Positions 41,801 through 54,550 of a stretch of 64,000 nt of DNA are shown here, piece after piece. Position 1 is the stretch's first letter. Every line of letters starts with the position of its first letter. The stretch is taken from positions 4,526,001-4,590,000 of the forward strand of contig NC_089433.1 of NCBI RefSeq assembly GCF_026210795.1, given 5' to 3'. The notes under the pieces are model-generated. The model did no database searches, had not been told where the DNA came from, and worked only from the letters and a program-made list of their open reading frames with translations. The translations under genes were made by a program, and so were the position numbers. The stretch comes from Rhizophagus irregularis (lineage: Eukaryota).

Positions 41801-42755
41801 TTAAATTATAACGAAAATAAAAAAAAAAAATATGACGTGGATTAAATTATGGTCTCATTCTTTATAATCCTTATAAATGTCATTCATTACAATTACTGTT
41901 ACACAGTATTTACGAAAAGAGCAAAGGACGTTGTAAAATTTAGGTAATGCATTCGAAAATCAATTTAATGCAAAAATTATTAATAATACTTTCATTACAG
42001 TGAATTTTAACATTACAATAAAACCTTTTTAAAAACTATTGATGCTTCTTTCAATATTTCAATTTCATCTATGATAGATAATGCAACATACATCCTATAA
42101 CTATAAATATTTGTATCCGCCGTATTCTTGCATCGAATTCTATTTTTTTGTTAAACCATGCATATTTTGCATATTTTCTTATTGAACGCAGCAGCATAAA
42201 TGATATTTATCAAAACGGATTAATTAAATGTATTTGTTGTCTATTACAGTTTACTTTGGACTTATCTGATTTCATTGTTGAATTAAAGTGTAGTACGAAT
42301 TTTTTTGATCTCAACATTATTCATTTTAAACTTACTTTTTATGTAAGTTGATAATGTCCGGAAAATTATTTGTTGTACAATGTAGTTATGGGCTTGAAAT
42401 GTGTAATAAGTAGAAAAAATATAAAATGGAGATTTTTGAAGAATAAATAAAACCATTTCACAATGACTAACATAAATGAAATTACCAATATGAATGAAAG
42501 ATTAAATTCGAGATTCAAAAAGTTCAGTTTCAGTGGAATTTGCTCATTTATTTTCTTTAAAATTCTTGCAAGTGTACGTTTCAATTATACTTTATTAAAC
42601 ATATAAAGAAATTTTTTTGTGAGAAAAATAATCGACGTTAAATATGCAAATAATTCGGCAATAATTAACAATTAATATAAAAATGTTATGATAGTTACGT
42701 TAATTACCTATGTGTTTTTTACTTTTTTTCCAATTCTTCTCAAATTTCTTTAAAC

Positions 42756-43097
42756 TTAATCTTTTTCTTTTTGGAAACTTTGTTGTATTCCAAAAATCTC
42801 TTGTAAAAGAGGCGCCAGTTCATGAGATGAACATACTTTGTGCTTATTTGATAATTCTACACTAAGAAGTTCGGAAACAGAAAGTCCCGAGGCGGTTGGA
42901 AAATCAAGGAGATAATTAATATCTTTTCCGCTAAAATATTCATTTGAGAAGAAAAATTTAGCCATGGGATCCTTTTCCAAACGAAATCTGGCATCTTCCG
43001 AATCGCTAAAAGTTAAAAGGTCATTGACAAAGATTTTGATTCTGTAAAATAATTCGTCATCTGAATGCAACTTTTGCAGTTCAATTTTATGGTTCAT
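42756..43097 (-). CDS. Hypothetical protein (113 aa)
   Basis: ATG-initiated ORF with raised GC and protein-like composition; no recognisable domain; 3' end uncertain. Confidence 0.5.
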   Translation of the reverse strand: MNHKIELQKLHSDDELFYRIKIFVNDLLTFSDSEDARFRLEKDPMAKFFFSNEYFSGKDINYLLDFPTASGLSVSELLSVELSNKHKVCSSHELAPLLQEIFGIQQSFQKEKD

Positions 43098-44151
43098 TGT
43101 ATTTTTTTCACGCGTAAAGTATAATAATAATAACCTTTTTTTCTGACGCTTCCGATAATAAGCGTGTTATAGTTTTAGTTTATTTAATTATTAATTCAAG
43201 AAATTGATCTAATTTAGATTAATATATTTTTTTTTGATTTTTCGATGATACCTGAATTATCATAAATTTTAAATTATATCATATACTGTACATGACATGT
43301 GATTTGTAATTTTAATTTTATAATAAATCTGGCAAAAATTACATGAACAAAGAATTTAGTAATTCCGGCCGAAATTATTTCGGTCAGAGCTAAGATGAGT
43401 AATTTTGGTCAAGATTTATTGATGACCGAAATTAAGTTTAACTAATAATGGAATGTTCATAATAAAGTAAAAGTTATTAAATCAAATTTCTTTTAAATTC
43501 ACAGATCTAACCATATTTTTATTATTTATTTTAATTTAATAATTATATAAATCTAATATATCGTCAAAAATGATTATGATCAATATTAATTAATTAAAAT
43601 AATAATAAATAATAATAAATTAAAATTAAAAAATATATATATATATAAATTCCAAATAGAAAAATCGACATAAAAAAAAAAATTTTTTAGACTTACTAAA
43701 TAAAATTTAGTGGAGTAAAATCTGAAACTAAATTACAATCTCGTACGCGTGGTAATTATTTTATGCACATATATTTCCGGTTGTCAATGTCAAAAAAGAA
43801 AAGATCCACATAATTATTTGAAATTCTTTTACGTAATTATGATAATCAACTTTGATTGGTAAATCATTAATAATTAAATTTTATAAATGTACGAATTAAT
43901 GTGAATTTTTAATGATGGCGTAATTGATAGCGTAATTTAATGGTAAATTTACAGATAAACTATTTATTATTAATTTATGTACAAAGTATACAAATTACAA
44001 AAGTTAATAAAGATAATTAGCTATAATTGTTGATTATAAAGCGATCTAAATTTTCGGAATTGTTTTTCAGAAAAATTTAGATTTACATATACATCCATTT
44101 ATTATCTACAAATATTTATCTCTTTCACGTGTCTGACCGCATTTCATACCT

Positions 44152-45828
44152 TCAATCTCTACTCGTATTACGCTGTTTTCTGAATTTTTGGGGTACACCA
44201 ACACAATCTCCAAAAAAATCTACTAATTTCCTAAACCCATCTTCACTTATACCTTCTGCGCCTCTAATCTTTAAAATACTTAAACTTTTAATTGGGTACA
44301 TATAAAACATTTCCAGATGCTCATCGGTCATACATGTACAAAATTGAAAGGATAGTCTCTGTAATTGTGTTGTCCTCGTCACCCTCATATCTTTTCTTGT
44401 GTCTTTAGATAAAATTGCTGTCGTACTTGAAGTATCGCCAAGATTTTGTAAAAATGATCCGAAAACTTCAACGCTAAACTTCCAATTCATATTAATATTG
44501 AATTTAATTAATGATGGTGGAATCGCTCGTCCTATCTCTGCTAATAAATTTTCAACATTAATAGTTTGCATATCCCTAATTGAAGAATAAAAGGATCGAG
44601 ATTGATACTTTGGATCATAAAGACTTATACGTTTCAAATTTCTACATGAACGTAATAAAGACGGTAGATATACTATTTGACTTTCATTTACACACGCCAA
44701 AAATTGCCTTATATTTGGACACATCTCAATAAATGGTTCTAACATGGAGTTCGAGGAGGGATTAGAAGTGACTTGTAAATTATTTGCAAAAGAGTTTGGT
44801 AAAGGAATTTCCGCGAACACTTTTCCCATTAAAACAACAGTTTGTAAAGAATACCCTGCCAAAGAAATTAATTTTCTATATAATTCAAAAGGAAGTCTAC
44901 TAGAACTAAAAGTGATGGCCTTCAATTGATGAAATTGTTGTAATTTTTCCGTTATTTTAGAACAATTTCCATAATTCTTACAATTAACAATCTTGAGAAC
45001 TTTTAAATTCTTACAAATTAATAAATGTTTTAGTGGAAAATTTTCGTGAAAATTAATTGATAAGAATTTGATTACGGTCAACGTATCAGATTGAGTTGTT
45101 AAAGATTCAAAAATTTCATTCTTAAATATTGTGTTGTACCTTCCATCTGATAAAAGGATTTTCTTTAATTGTCTTTGTGATCTTATTAAGCGAGCCAAAC
45201 CATCCATTGAATCATCATTAACATTATTAACATTAGGGTGTTGAGGTTCGAGGCAACGAAAAGATATGTAACGAATATCTTTTGCCACACTTGCACAAGA
45301 ATCAATTAAACCTTTCGTATATTCCCCAAAAAAATTACAATTACGCAATTTTGAAAAACTACGTCTCGCTCCAGGAAATAAAAAAATATTATCGCTAAAA
45401 AGCATACTCTTTTTGAAATCAATTCGATCAAATTTTGGAGAATTGGCAATAAAATGTTGAATTAAAAGTTTGAATATGAACAAACGAAAAGAGGATATAG
45501 AAATTGCCCAATAATGAAAAGCCAATAAAATCTTTTCACAATCAAAAACTCGTAAGAATGTAGCGTAATTAAAAGTTGAAATTTCGTTCTGTATGGGGAC
45601 CAATTCTCCAGGAATTTCTTCTGTTTTAAGACGTGAAACGTAGGTGTTTATCAGCATTTTGCAACGATTAGATTTTAAATCTCTACCAAACGGATTCCGC
45701 CACAGTATTGGAATAGTAATTTCGCACCAGTTTCGATTTACCAAAAGACAGGAGTATAAAGAATTTGTATCATTACGGAGATATTCTAGAATTTCCCTAA
45801 TACATTCAACCGGTAAATATGATGCCAT
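44152..45828 (-). CDS. F-box / RNI-like leucine-rich-repeat protein
   Basis: 558-aa ORF starting MASYLPVECIREILEYL..LYSCLLVNRNWCEITIPILW (F-box), followed by LxxLxL repeats. Confidence 0.9.
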   Translation of the reverse strand: MASYLPVECIREILEYLRNDTNSLYSCLLVNRNWCEITIPILWRNPFGRDLKSNRCKMLINTYVSRLKTEEIPGELVPIQNEISTFNYATFLRVFDCEKILLAFHYWAISISSFRLFIFKLLIQHFIANSPKFDRIDFKKSMLFSDNIFLFPGARRSFSKLRNCNFFGEYTKGLIDSCASVAKDIRYISFRCLEPQHPNVNNVNDDSMDGLARLIRSQRQLKKILLSDGRYNTIFKNEIFESLTTQSDTLTVIKFLSINFHENFPLKHLLICKNLKVLKIVNCKNYGNCSKITEKLQQFHQLKAITFSSSRLPFELYRKLISLAGYSLQTVVLMGKVFAEIPLPNSFANNLQVTSNPSSNSMLEPFIEMCPNIRQFLACVNESQIVYLPSLLRSCRNLKRISLYDPKYQSRSFYSSIRDMQTINVENLLAEIGRAIPPSLIKFNINMNWKFSVEVFGSFLQNLGDTSSTTAILSKDTRKDMRVTRTTQLQRLSFQFCTCMTDEHLEMFYMYPIKSLSILKIRGAEGISEDGFRKLVDFFGDCVGVPQKFRKQRNTSRD

Positions 45829-47105
45829 ATTAAAATCTATAAGATTGAATTAAAATAAAAGGTTAAAATGCTTAATTAATTTCTCATTTTTCAAAAATTG
45901 AATTATAATAATTTTAATATTACCTGGGTGTACTGAGAAAATAATTTTGTCTGAAAAAAAATTATAAAAATTCGTTAAAAAATTACTTAACCTATTTAAT
46001 TATAACTTATACTGATCCGATAAGTCTATTATATTATATACGGTTACATCATCATACAATTTTTTATACATCATGATATACAATAAATATAACCAAACAA
46101 TTCTTTTGATTTGATATAAATAAATTTTCCAAATAAATAATTTTGACCCGAAATCATAATAAAAATAATATAAATACTAACCTTATTAAGATGAAATAAA
46201 TAACTTCAAAACTTATTTATTTTAAATAATTAATTCATCTGAGAAAATCATAAGATACGTCGTTTCCTGTATGGCGCAGCGAAGTTTTAAGCTAGCTGTT
46301 CTAGCTATAAAAGAACTAATTAAAACATGAAACATACAAATATAGTACGCCTTTTTTTATAATTTAAATTTTTCCGAAAAAAAAAAAAGAAAGAAATGAA
46401 TCAATAAAAAAAATTTTTTTTTTTTTTAAGGAAAAAAGAATTATTTTTCTTTATAAAATATGAATGTATGCAAAATAAATAACAATCAGGTATATAAGGT
46501 ATTACTAAGCATTTTCATTATTTAGCCGAATAAAGTCTGCGCCACGAAGATCATTAATACTGCAGTACCACCCATTTTCTTACACGATTGAGATTATAAA
46601 ATCCGGAAATTATTCGTTCCGCAAGTCATAAACGTAGTACAAAATGGAGAATGATTTGTGTTACGAAGAACGAAGTAATGTCTTTTTGGTTGAACAAGGT
46701 TTTTTATTGACCTGCACATAAAAAGCTAATTTCTTTCCCTCTACCTGGTTTGAAGTCTTCCATATTTTATCCACGTACATATTTTAAACTTCAAATTTTT
46801 TTTTTTTCATGATTGCGAAAAGTTTAATTTGAGCATTTTGAAGTGTTACGAAGGATAATCGATTTACTTTGTGGCTAAAATGTACTACGCTGCATGAATA
46901 CAAAATTGGCATATAAATAAGACGATACATTTCCGGATTACGTTTTCTTAAAAAAAAAAACTTTCATTTTTTTATCTTTATCATTTACCTTCTTTTTTTT
47001 TTTATAAAAAAAATTACTATCCTTAACTATCTTTTTTTTTAGAATTTAGAAATCAAAATAAAGATTAAATAAAGAATATATACAATATATATAAGAATAT
47101 ATAAC

Positions 47106-48713
47106 ATGCCAGAAATATACGACACAGTAAAATCATTTAAACAACTATCTTGCGATTTCCTAAAAATATTAGATCAAGAAGAAACGTTTGATGTCATTAT
47201 TTACGTTGGCGATGAATCTAGTTGTGAAACATTTAAAGCTCATTCAATCATTTTAAAAACTCGCTCAGAGTATTTTAGAGCCGCATTATCGGCTGCATGG
47301 AGTAAAAAGAAAGAGGATGGTTTTTACGTAATTGATTTGCGTGGAATGAACATACCGCAAGCTATATTTGGTCATGTGCTCTTGTATGTATGGAATGATT
47401 TATTTTTTTATTTTGTTGCTTTTTTTTTTATTTTTTTGATCTTTTCCTTTCGAAAAGTGTTCTTTTTTTTAATAAAAGAGAAATAAGATATTTAAATTCT
47501 AAATAATTCAAAATTTAATATTAATTAATTTTTTATTATTATTTTTTATAGTTACGTATATGGAGCATATTTAAATTTAGAAAAAGTAGGGGTTTCAGAG
47601 AAATTACAATTATTAAAAGCAGCAGACGTATTAATGATGGATTCTTTTGTAGATTATATGGAAGCCGATTTAATACGAAATGAAAATACTTGGATCAACG
47701 AAAAAAGTAGCGAGGTGCTTTATGTAGCTTTACAAATTTCAAGATGTAAAGAGTTAGTTTCATTGTGCAATAATGCAATACTTCGACACCCAAAAGCTTT
47801 TGTAAGCTCCAAGGAATTTTTATTTCTCCCACATGATTATATGGTTGGCTTATTAGAACGAGACATATTTGGATTGGAGGAAATTGATATATTTGCAGCA
47901 GTGATAATGTGGGGAATAAATAATACTCCTGGAATTTCGTTGGTAGATGATTTTTCAACTTGGACATCAGACCATATAGCAACATTACAATCAAATGTGA
48001 TTCAATTACTTTCTTTAATAAGATTTTTCCAAATGGAACCCGATGATTTTATTAAAAAGGTTGGACCTTTAACTAAAGTATTCATGCCAGAATTATATGA
48101 TCAAGTTATTGAATATCATTCGAACACACAATTTCAATTTATTTACGATATTTTACCTTTAAGATTAAACAGCACAATTATAAAAGAGAAAGAGGAACCT
48201 GCGTTAATATCATATTGGATTCTTCATCCTGATACTGCGGATGATACACCAGAAAAAAATCCTTACACGACATTCGATAAAGTCCCTTTTGATTTTCACT
48301 TGATATTTAGATGCGGTGGTGCAGAATTGGGTGAACAAAAATGGCGCGAACAATGTTATAATCAAGGACCAACTGTTACGATAATAAGAACAAAAAATCA
48401 AAATGAAGATGAAGCTGTATTTGGTGGATATAAAAGTATAAGTTGGTCAACAGAAAATCAAGAAATGCGAATCGGTGGTGATGGATTTATATTTGGTTAC
48501 CTCTGGCAACAAAGAAAGTTATTGCTGCCCTGGATGTTAAGAGTTAATAATCATTTAGATGTTGACATGTTTTTAGGAGATGGTATTGAAGTCTTTATTG
48601 ATTTTAGGCATGGTCAGAAATTATTGGCTCATGCTAATGGATTTCAAGATTTGGAAGAGACAATTGAAGAATTAGAGGTATTTAGGGTTGTTCAGAAAAA
48701 ATTTGATGAATGA
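47106..48713 (+). CDS. BTB/POZ-BACK-TLDc domain protein
   Basis: Exon 1 47106-47383 (DVIIYVG..FKAHSIILKTRSEYFRAAL); intron 47384-47551; exon 2 with EEIDIFAAVIMWG, LIRFFQM, CYNQGPTVTII, VFGGY, EELEVFRV. Confidence 0.9.
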
Positions 48714-51700
48714 CCAGATGTGAACGAATTGATAGGTTATACTTGTTGGAGTTTAGAATAGAATGAAAAGTGTTTATTATGAATATGTTTTGAGAGTCGC
48801 GTTGACCGCAGATATCAAGAACATTATTGATATATATATATATATATACACATTTTTTTTTTATTTTGTTTTTCATTAACAAACAAGTAATTAACATAAC
48901 AAATACGGGTTTTGGTTAAATTAATTTTTAGGATTTATAAATTTGGGTTTAAATAATTACAGTGTTGGCTATGATATTTGGTAATATATTTTTTTTTTAT
49001 CTTTATTTATTCTTGGTATGGACAATATGTGAATTCTAGAAAAAAGATAGTATTTTTCGATACAACATTAATAAGTTAATATGGTATCGATTTTTTTTTT
49101 TATCCAATTTAACTAATACTAAGAACAAATTCCCAATTTCGATCATTTTTAACAACATTCCTTATTTCATTTTTTTTTCTACCACATTATTATATATTTT
49201 TTTTTACGTAGTGGGAACCTAAATATAACCATATATTTCTCCTTCTTTGTTAATTTTTGCAAATAAAAAAAAATCGAATGTAAATTATCCTTTTTTTTAA
49301 ACAAAAAGAAAAAAAACTTCATAAATAAAAGAAAAACACATTTGCAAAGTTTACATTTGTCATTAACTTATTAGCCTTGTTAGATTGTTTGTGCTTGTGA
49401 ATTTGAAACTTTTTTTTTTTTTAAAAAAAAAAAATTTACGTGGTTACGTTACGAAAATAACTTTTCGCGATTACCTTGATCATCAATTGCAGCTGTGATC
49501 GTTAATTTACGTTGCTAACATAAATGCGATCTTGAAAAAAGAAAGGGTAAGTAATACAAACATACAAATATGTGAATAAAATTATCGTTTTAAATCACGC
49601 TTGAAGGGAACGCATAGTAGTAAAGTAGGGGGAATCGGTATTTAAGCCCAAAGATTTAGTTGATATTATAAACAAATACATACAGTGCATCCCTTGTCGC
49701 CACCATTTCTCGAAGTCAATTTTCTGAATGCTCGTTTCCCGAACTGAAACATTTTCCGAAATTCTAATTTCTCGAATGTCTTGAATCCCAATTTTCTAAA
49801 GTTCAATTTCCCGAATCCCAATTTCCCATGTACTAAACTCCTGATTTATCACATAATATATGTGATTTATACAATAACGAGGATTAAGGAAATTATTGCG
49901 TCAAGAATTTTATTGTTAAATTTTTAAATTTATGAACTCACTTTGTATGTACTAGCAATAATTACTACGCAGTAGATCAGATGAATTTTCTTTTTATGGC
50001 TCTCACGCAAAGAAGTTTACGTATATAATAAAATTTTGTAATCAAATACTTCACGAAATGATATATTCGGGAAAATGACAATCGGGAAATCAAACTATAA
50101 TCCAGTACATCATCAATTACATTAATTGAAGCTCCATTATCTAACAATCTCTCTAATAATTTATTCCGCTCCAGTTGCCCCTTTACCTACTGTATATTGA
50201 ATACTCAACCAATCGGGGTAGAGGAGGACAGACAGTATTAAATTATCTGTAAAAAAAAAATTTTTTTTTTTTTACGAGAATTTTCGAGATTATGGCGTAA
50301 ACATGCGTAATTAATGTAGTATAGTATTTAGTAATCACGATATGTTTCATTAAAGGTTAAAACTTAAAATATATCAACAATATGACACATTCCTATATTG
50401 TCGAAATTGTCAAAATCAATATTTTAACACTAGCGATTTTTTTTTCTTACAGAATTTTCTTTTCTCATATTCTAAATTCTAAACTTTCGCTCTTTTCTCC
50501 CTGTTATACATACATTATCTTATAATTTTTATATACAAATTTTACGACACAGCGCTAAAAATATCTATGAGCTAAAGAAATGACTACTATATTAAAAAGA
50601 AAATATCTTTATTTATAACATTACTTCAAATTCATTACTTTCTTATTCTTTAACACATTATCTATCAACAAGTTTTATGAACAAATGTAATATGATTCCA
50701 TAATAGATTCTTCAATTCCATTAAAAGACACTTGTGTACATTCATTTCCAAAAAAAAAGAAATACTATTATTTATAATATATCATAAAATTATATCTAAT
50801 CATATTACTACCTTTTTAACATATCAGTTTCATACAATCAATACACATTAATTATTTTTTTAAGAAACTTTAATATCTTGTTACTTACACCTTTATTATA
50901 TCAAGTCATTTTTCAATTTATATACAGCATATATGTGTATATATTTTCAACGAACCCACTTACAATATGTTCAATGAATATTTTATTTAGCTTCTAAAGA
51001 AACAAAAATATTTTTTTTTTAAAAAAATTATTTTAGCATTTCTAGACTGTTTAAGACGTGGAGGAATCCCGGAAAGATATTTATTCTTTATTATTAATAT
51101 TTTATTAATTCTAATATTAGATTGTATATAACAAGTACAGTATAATCCATTTTTAGCTGTTTAATAGTCAAATTAGGATTTCACGAATTATCACGAATTT
51201 TAAATGAAAATAACCAACCATTTCTTCAAATCTGAAAATCTATTAATATTTTAGTTAAATCATAAAGTAACAAATTATGAATATTTTCTCAAAAATTCCA
51301 ATTTCCAAAAAGCTTATTACCAAAAACACCTGCTGTAAAAAAATCACCTGCCACGATCAGGCAAGCCGAGTTAGACAGACATTGGGGTCTTCACAAAATT
51401 CGTGATTGAGATTATGATTGAGATTAGAGGTTAATCTGGTTTCACAAAAAACGTGATTGAGATTAAGCTTAATCTCAAGCTGATCGTGATTGAAATTTTA
51501 TATGAAATTTCAATCTTACTCATCAAGTAAGATTAGAATAAGATTAGCATTAACTTCATTAACCTGGCAAATTTTCTTGAATTTTTTTTTTTCAATTTAA
51601 AAAATGTATGCATATTTTTTATTTAAATACTTTTTGAACGCGAAACTATCGCAAAACGCGAACTTTTTTTTGTCATTTTTCTTAAACCATTTTCTTTTAA

Positions 51701-51735
51701 ACACTAAAAGTTTGTGATCTTTTTAATAAAAAAAA

Positions 51736-52982
51736 ATGGAATCTACCCATGAAAATAAAAAAGATAAAAATACTGAGAAACCTATTAAAGCTTCAAGAGT
51801 CAGATGGACTGAACCTGCTATTAAAGCTTTATTGTCTTTTCTTCTTGAACATAAAGAAAAGCTTGAAGATTTAAAGTATAAACGTGGTGCTACATCTAAT
51901 CCAGAGAGTGTTCAATTGTGGAAAAATGCTGAAGCTTTTTTTTGACTTTTGAATTTGAACAATCTTATAGTGTTGTTCAAATTGCTAACAAGTGGAAGAA
52001 TTTAGTAGATAATTATAAGGTTTTTATTTAAAATTAAATTTTCTTTACTTATTATTTAAATTTATTAATAAATTTTTTTTTATTTAAGTCTCAACTTGCA
52101 GCTTCAAAAAAAAGTGGCGGACCTCCCATTGTTATTCAATATAAAGAAGAGATTGAGGCAATTTTGAATAAGGATAGGCCTACATTAAATCCAAAATCTT
52201 GTATTGATTCTTCCGTACCCTTACCAAGAATAGAAAATTTTGATCTTGTGCAAGAAGATTTTGAAGACAATAACAAGACAGAAATTACATATGAATTCCC
52301 TAAAATTGGTAGAAAATGAACAAATAAACGTGAAAATAAAGAAGTTGATGTTAATGTAGATAATCAAAGCAGAAAAAAATCCAAAAATCATGGAGCTATT
52401 TTGGAAAATACTATTCAAAAGTGGATGGAGCAACAAGAAATTAGGCAAATAGAATTTGACAAAAGAAGAGAAGAAAAAGAAAAAAGAGATCAAAGGGAAA
52501 GGTCAGAATTGCTTACAATGAAACATCAATCAGATATGATGTTATTTGGTTTATTAAATAATATTACAGAAAGTTTGAGTTCTTCTCAAGGAAATTCAAA
52601 TAATCAATCAGAAAAAAATTTACAAGGTATTTATTATTAATTCCAATGGTAATATTAAGTTTATTTATATGTCATGTTCAAATTCAAATGTTTGTATTGC
52701 ATTCAAATCTTGATTTTTGCGTCACATTTAAATTTTGATTTTTGCGTCACGTACAAATTCAAATTTTTATTTTACGATCAAAATCTGATTTTTTATATTA
52801 AATTCAATTCTAATTTTAATTTAATTAATTTAATTTTAATTCAATTTATAGATGATTTACCTCAATTTTCTTCAAATTTCATGTACTTGCAAAGAAATTT
52901 ACAAACATCTTTACCATCTTTTGCACAATTGGATGATTCTGAATATAAAAGTGATAGAAATGATAGCTCACGCACCCAATAA
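51736..52982 (+). pseudogene. Harbinger Myb/SANT-like DNA-binding gene, disrupted
   Basis: RVRWTEPAIKALL...W...QIANKWKNLVDNYK; frameshift in the T run at 51936-51943 and in-frame TGA at 52317-52319; introns ~52020-52089 and ~52627-52850. Confidence 0.75.
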
Positions 52983-53069
52983 TAAATAATGTAATTCTTT
53001 TAAATGTTTTATGAAATAAATTGGAAAATATATGTTTGTAACAATTTTTTTAATTCATTGATTTATTAC

Positions 53070-54326
53070 TTAATTATTATTTGTATTTAAATATCTCCTC
53101 TGATGATTATTCCATAATAAATCACATATTGCATTTCTTATAGCATTACCTTCTGATGTTTCATTAACATTTGTTTCACTATTTACATCAGTTCCTGTAT
53201 CATGATATTGTTCTTCTGGTGGTAAAAAATCGCGTCTTTCTTCACAAATATTATGGAGTATACAACAAGTAGTTATCATATGTGGTATTATTTCAAATGA
53301 AACTTCTAAACTATGAAGAAGACATCTCCATCTACCCTTTAATAAACCAAAAGCTTGTTCTACTTTGATTCTTGTTTGTGAATGTTTACAATTGAAATAT
53401 GTTTGTTTTTGAATTAATCCTCTACCTATATCTTTATAAGGAACTATTAACCAACTAAGATTCGGATATCCTCCATCACCTAATATGTATTTATTATTAA
53501 AAGTTGTTACTAAATTATTAAACTTATTATATAGATTAGAATTTACTAAAATTCTACTATCATGTGTAGAACCTGGCCAACCAACACATATATCTAAAAA
53601 ACTTGTTTTATGGTCAACTACTGCTTGTAAAACAATTGAATAAAATCCTTTTCTATTAAAATAATCTACAGGAAATAGATGAGGTGCTTTAATTGGTATA
53701 TGACTACCATCAATAGCTCCAATAACATTAGGAATTCTTCCAGTACCTTTGAATCCATTTGTAATTTCATTAATTTCTGATTCTGTATTTGGAAAAACAA
53801 TTTTTTCCGCTAGAAATTTTGTAACTATTACATTAATAAAATCTCTTAATGCATAACTAAAAGTTGATTCTCCCATTCCAAACCTATTACCTATAGACCT
53901 AAAACATTCTCCAGTAGCAAGAAACCATAATGATGCACCAACCTTTTGTTCCCATGCAAGTCCAACTATACCAGGTCCTGTAATTTCTCTTCTTAAATGT
54001 GGTATTATTTCACAGCATAACCATTCGAATGTAGACCTGGTTAACCTAAAATGTCTTTTAAATTCAAAATCTTGCATATTTAAACATATTTCATTAAACC
54101 AATACTGAGATATTGATCTATTTAATCTTCTTAAATTGATGCACTCATTAATTTCTATTCTATTAAGTTGTAAATATAGCAAGTTTAAAGGTAAAATGTT
54201 AAAATTTTCTTCCTCTTCTTCTTGTTCAGTTTGATAAGTAGCAATTAAATTTTCTTCAAATTCATTATATTTAATAAGTATAATAATTATTAATATACAA
54301 ATTGAAATTTGGAATTCCCTGTTCAT
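53070..54326 (-). CDS. Harbinger (HARBI1-like, DDE_Tnp_4) transposase
   Basis: Open 418-aa ORF with FKRHFRL, GAIDGSHI, YFNRKGFYS, GWPGSTHDS, LGDGGYP, VEQAFGLLKGRWR, CCILHNIC. Confidence 0.95.
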   Translation of the reverse strand: MNREFQISICILIIIILIKYNEFEENLIATYQTEQEEEEENFNILPLNLLYLQLNRIEINECINLRRLNRSISQYWFNEICLNMQDFEFKRHFRLTRSTFEWLCCEIIPHLRREITGPGIVGLAWEQKVGASLWFLATGECFRSIGNRFGMGESTFSYALRDFINVIVTKFLAEKIVFPNTESEINEITNGFKGTGRIPNVIGAIDGSHIPIKAPHLFPVDYFNRKGFYSIVLQAVVDHKTSFLDICVGWPGSTHDSRILVNSNLYNKFNNLVTTFNNKYILGDGGYPNLSWLIVPYKDIGRGLIQKQTYFNCKHSQTRIKVEQAFGLLKGRWRCLLHSLEVSFEIIPHMITTCCILHNICEERRDFLPPEEQYHDTGTDVNSETNVNETSEGNAIRNAICDLLWNNHQRRYLNTNNN

Positions 54327-54550
54327 TACTGAGAAAATAATATGTAATTATAAAAATTTATGTAAAATTTTAAAAGAAAGTACGAAAAAAAAAATTTTTA
54401 AAGCATAACGGTAAATCATTAATCTAATGTAACACAAAAATTTGTGAATCAAGATTGAAACGTTAATCTCAATTTCAAGCTGATCTCAATCCCAATCTCA
54501 ATCCCAATCTCAATCACAGGTTTTGTGAAGACCCCCATTGTGCGGTAATA

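Larger units (their letters stand above)
51384..54535. mobile_element. PIF/Harbinger DNA transposon, full length
   Basis: TIR GGGGTCTTCACAAAA...TTTTGTGAAGACCCC, flanked by (C)ATT on both sides; GATTGAGATT subterminal repeats; convergent Myb/SANT and DDE genes. Confidence 0.93.

Noticed and set aside
49681..50100. TTTCCCGAA/TTCGGGAAA repeats suggesting a TE remnant (similar case at 33245-33410)
   Set aside because: No convincing paired TIRs or TSD.
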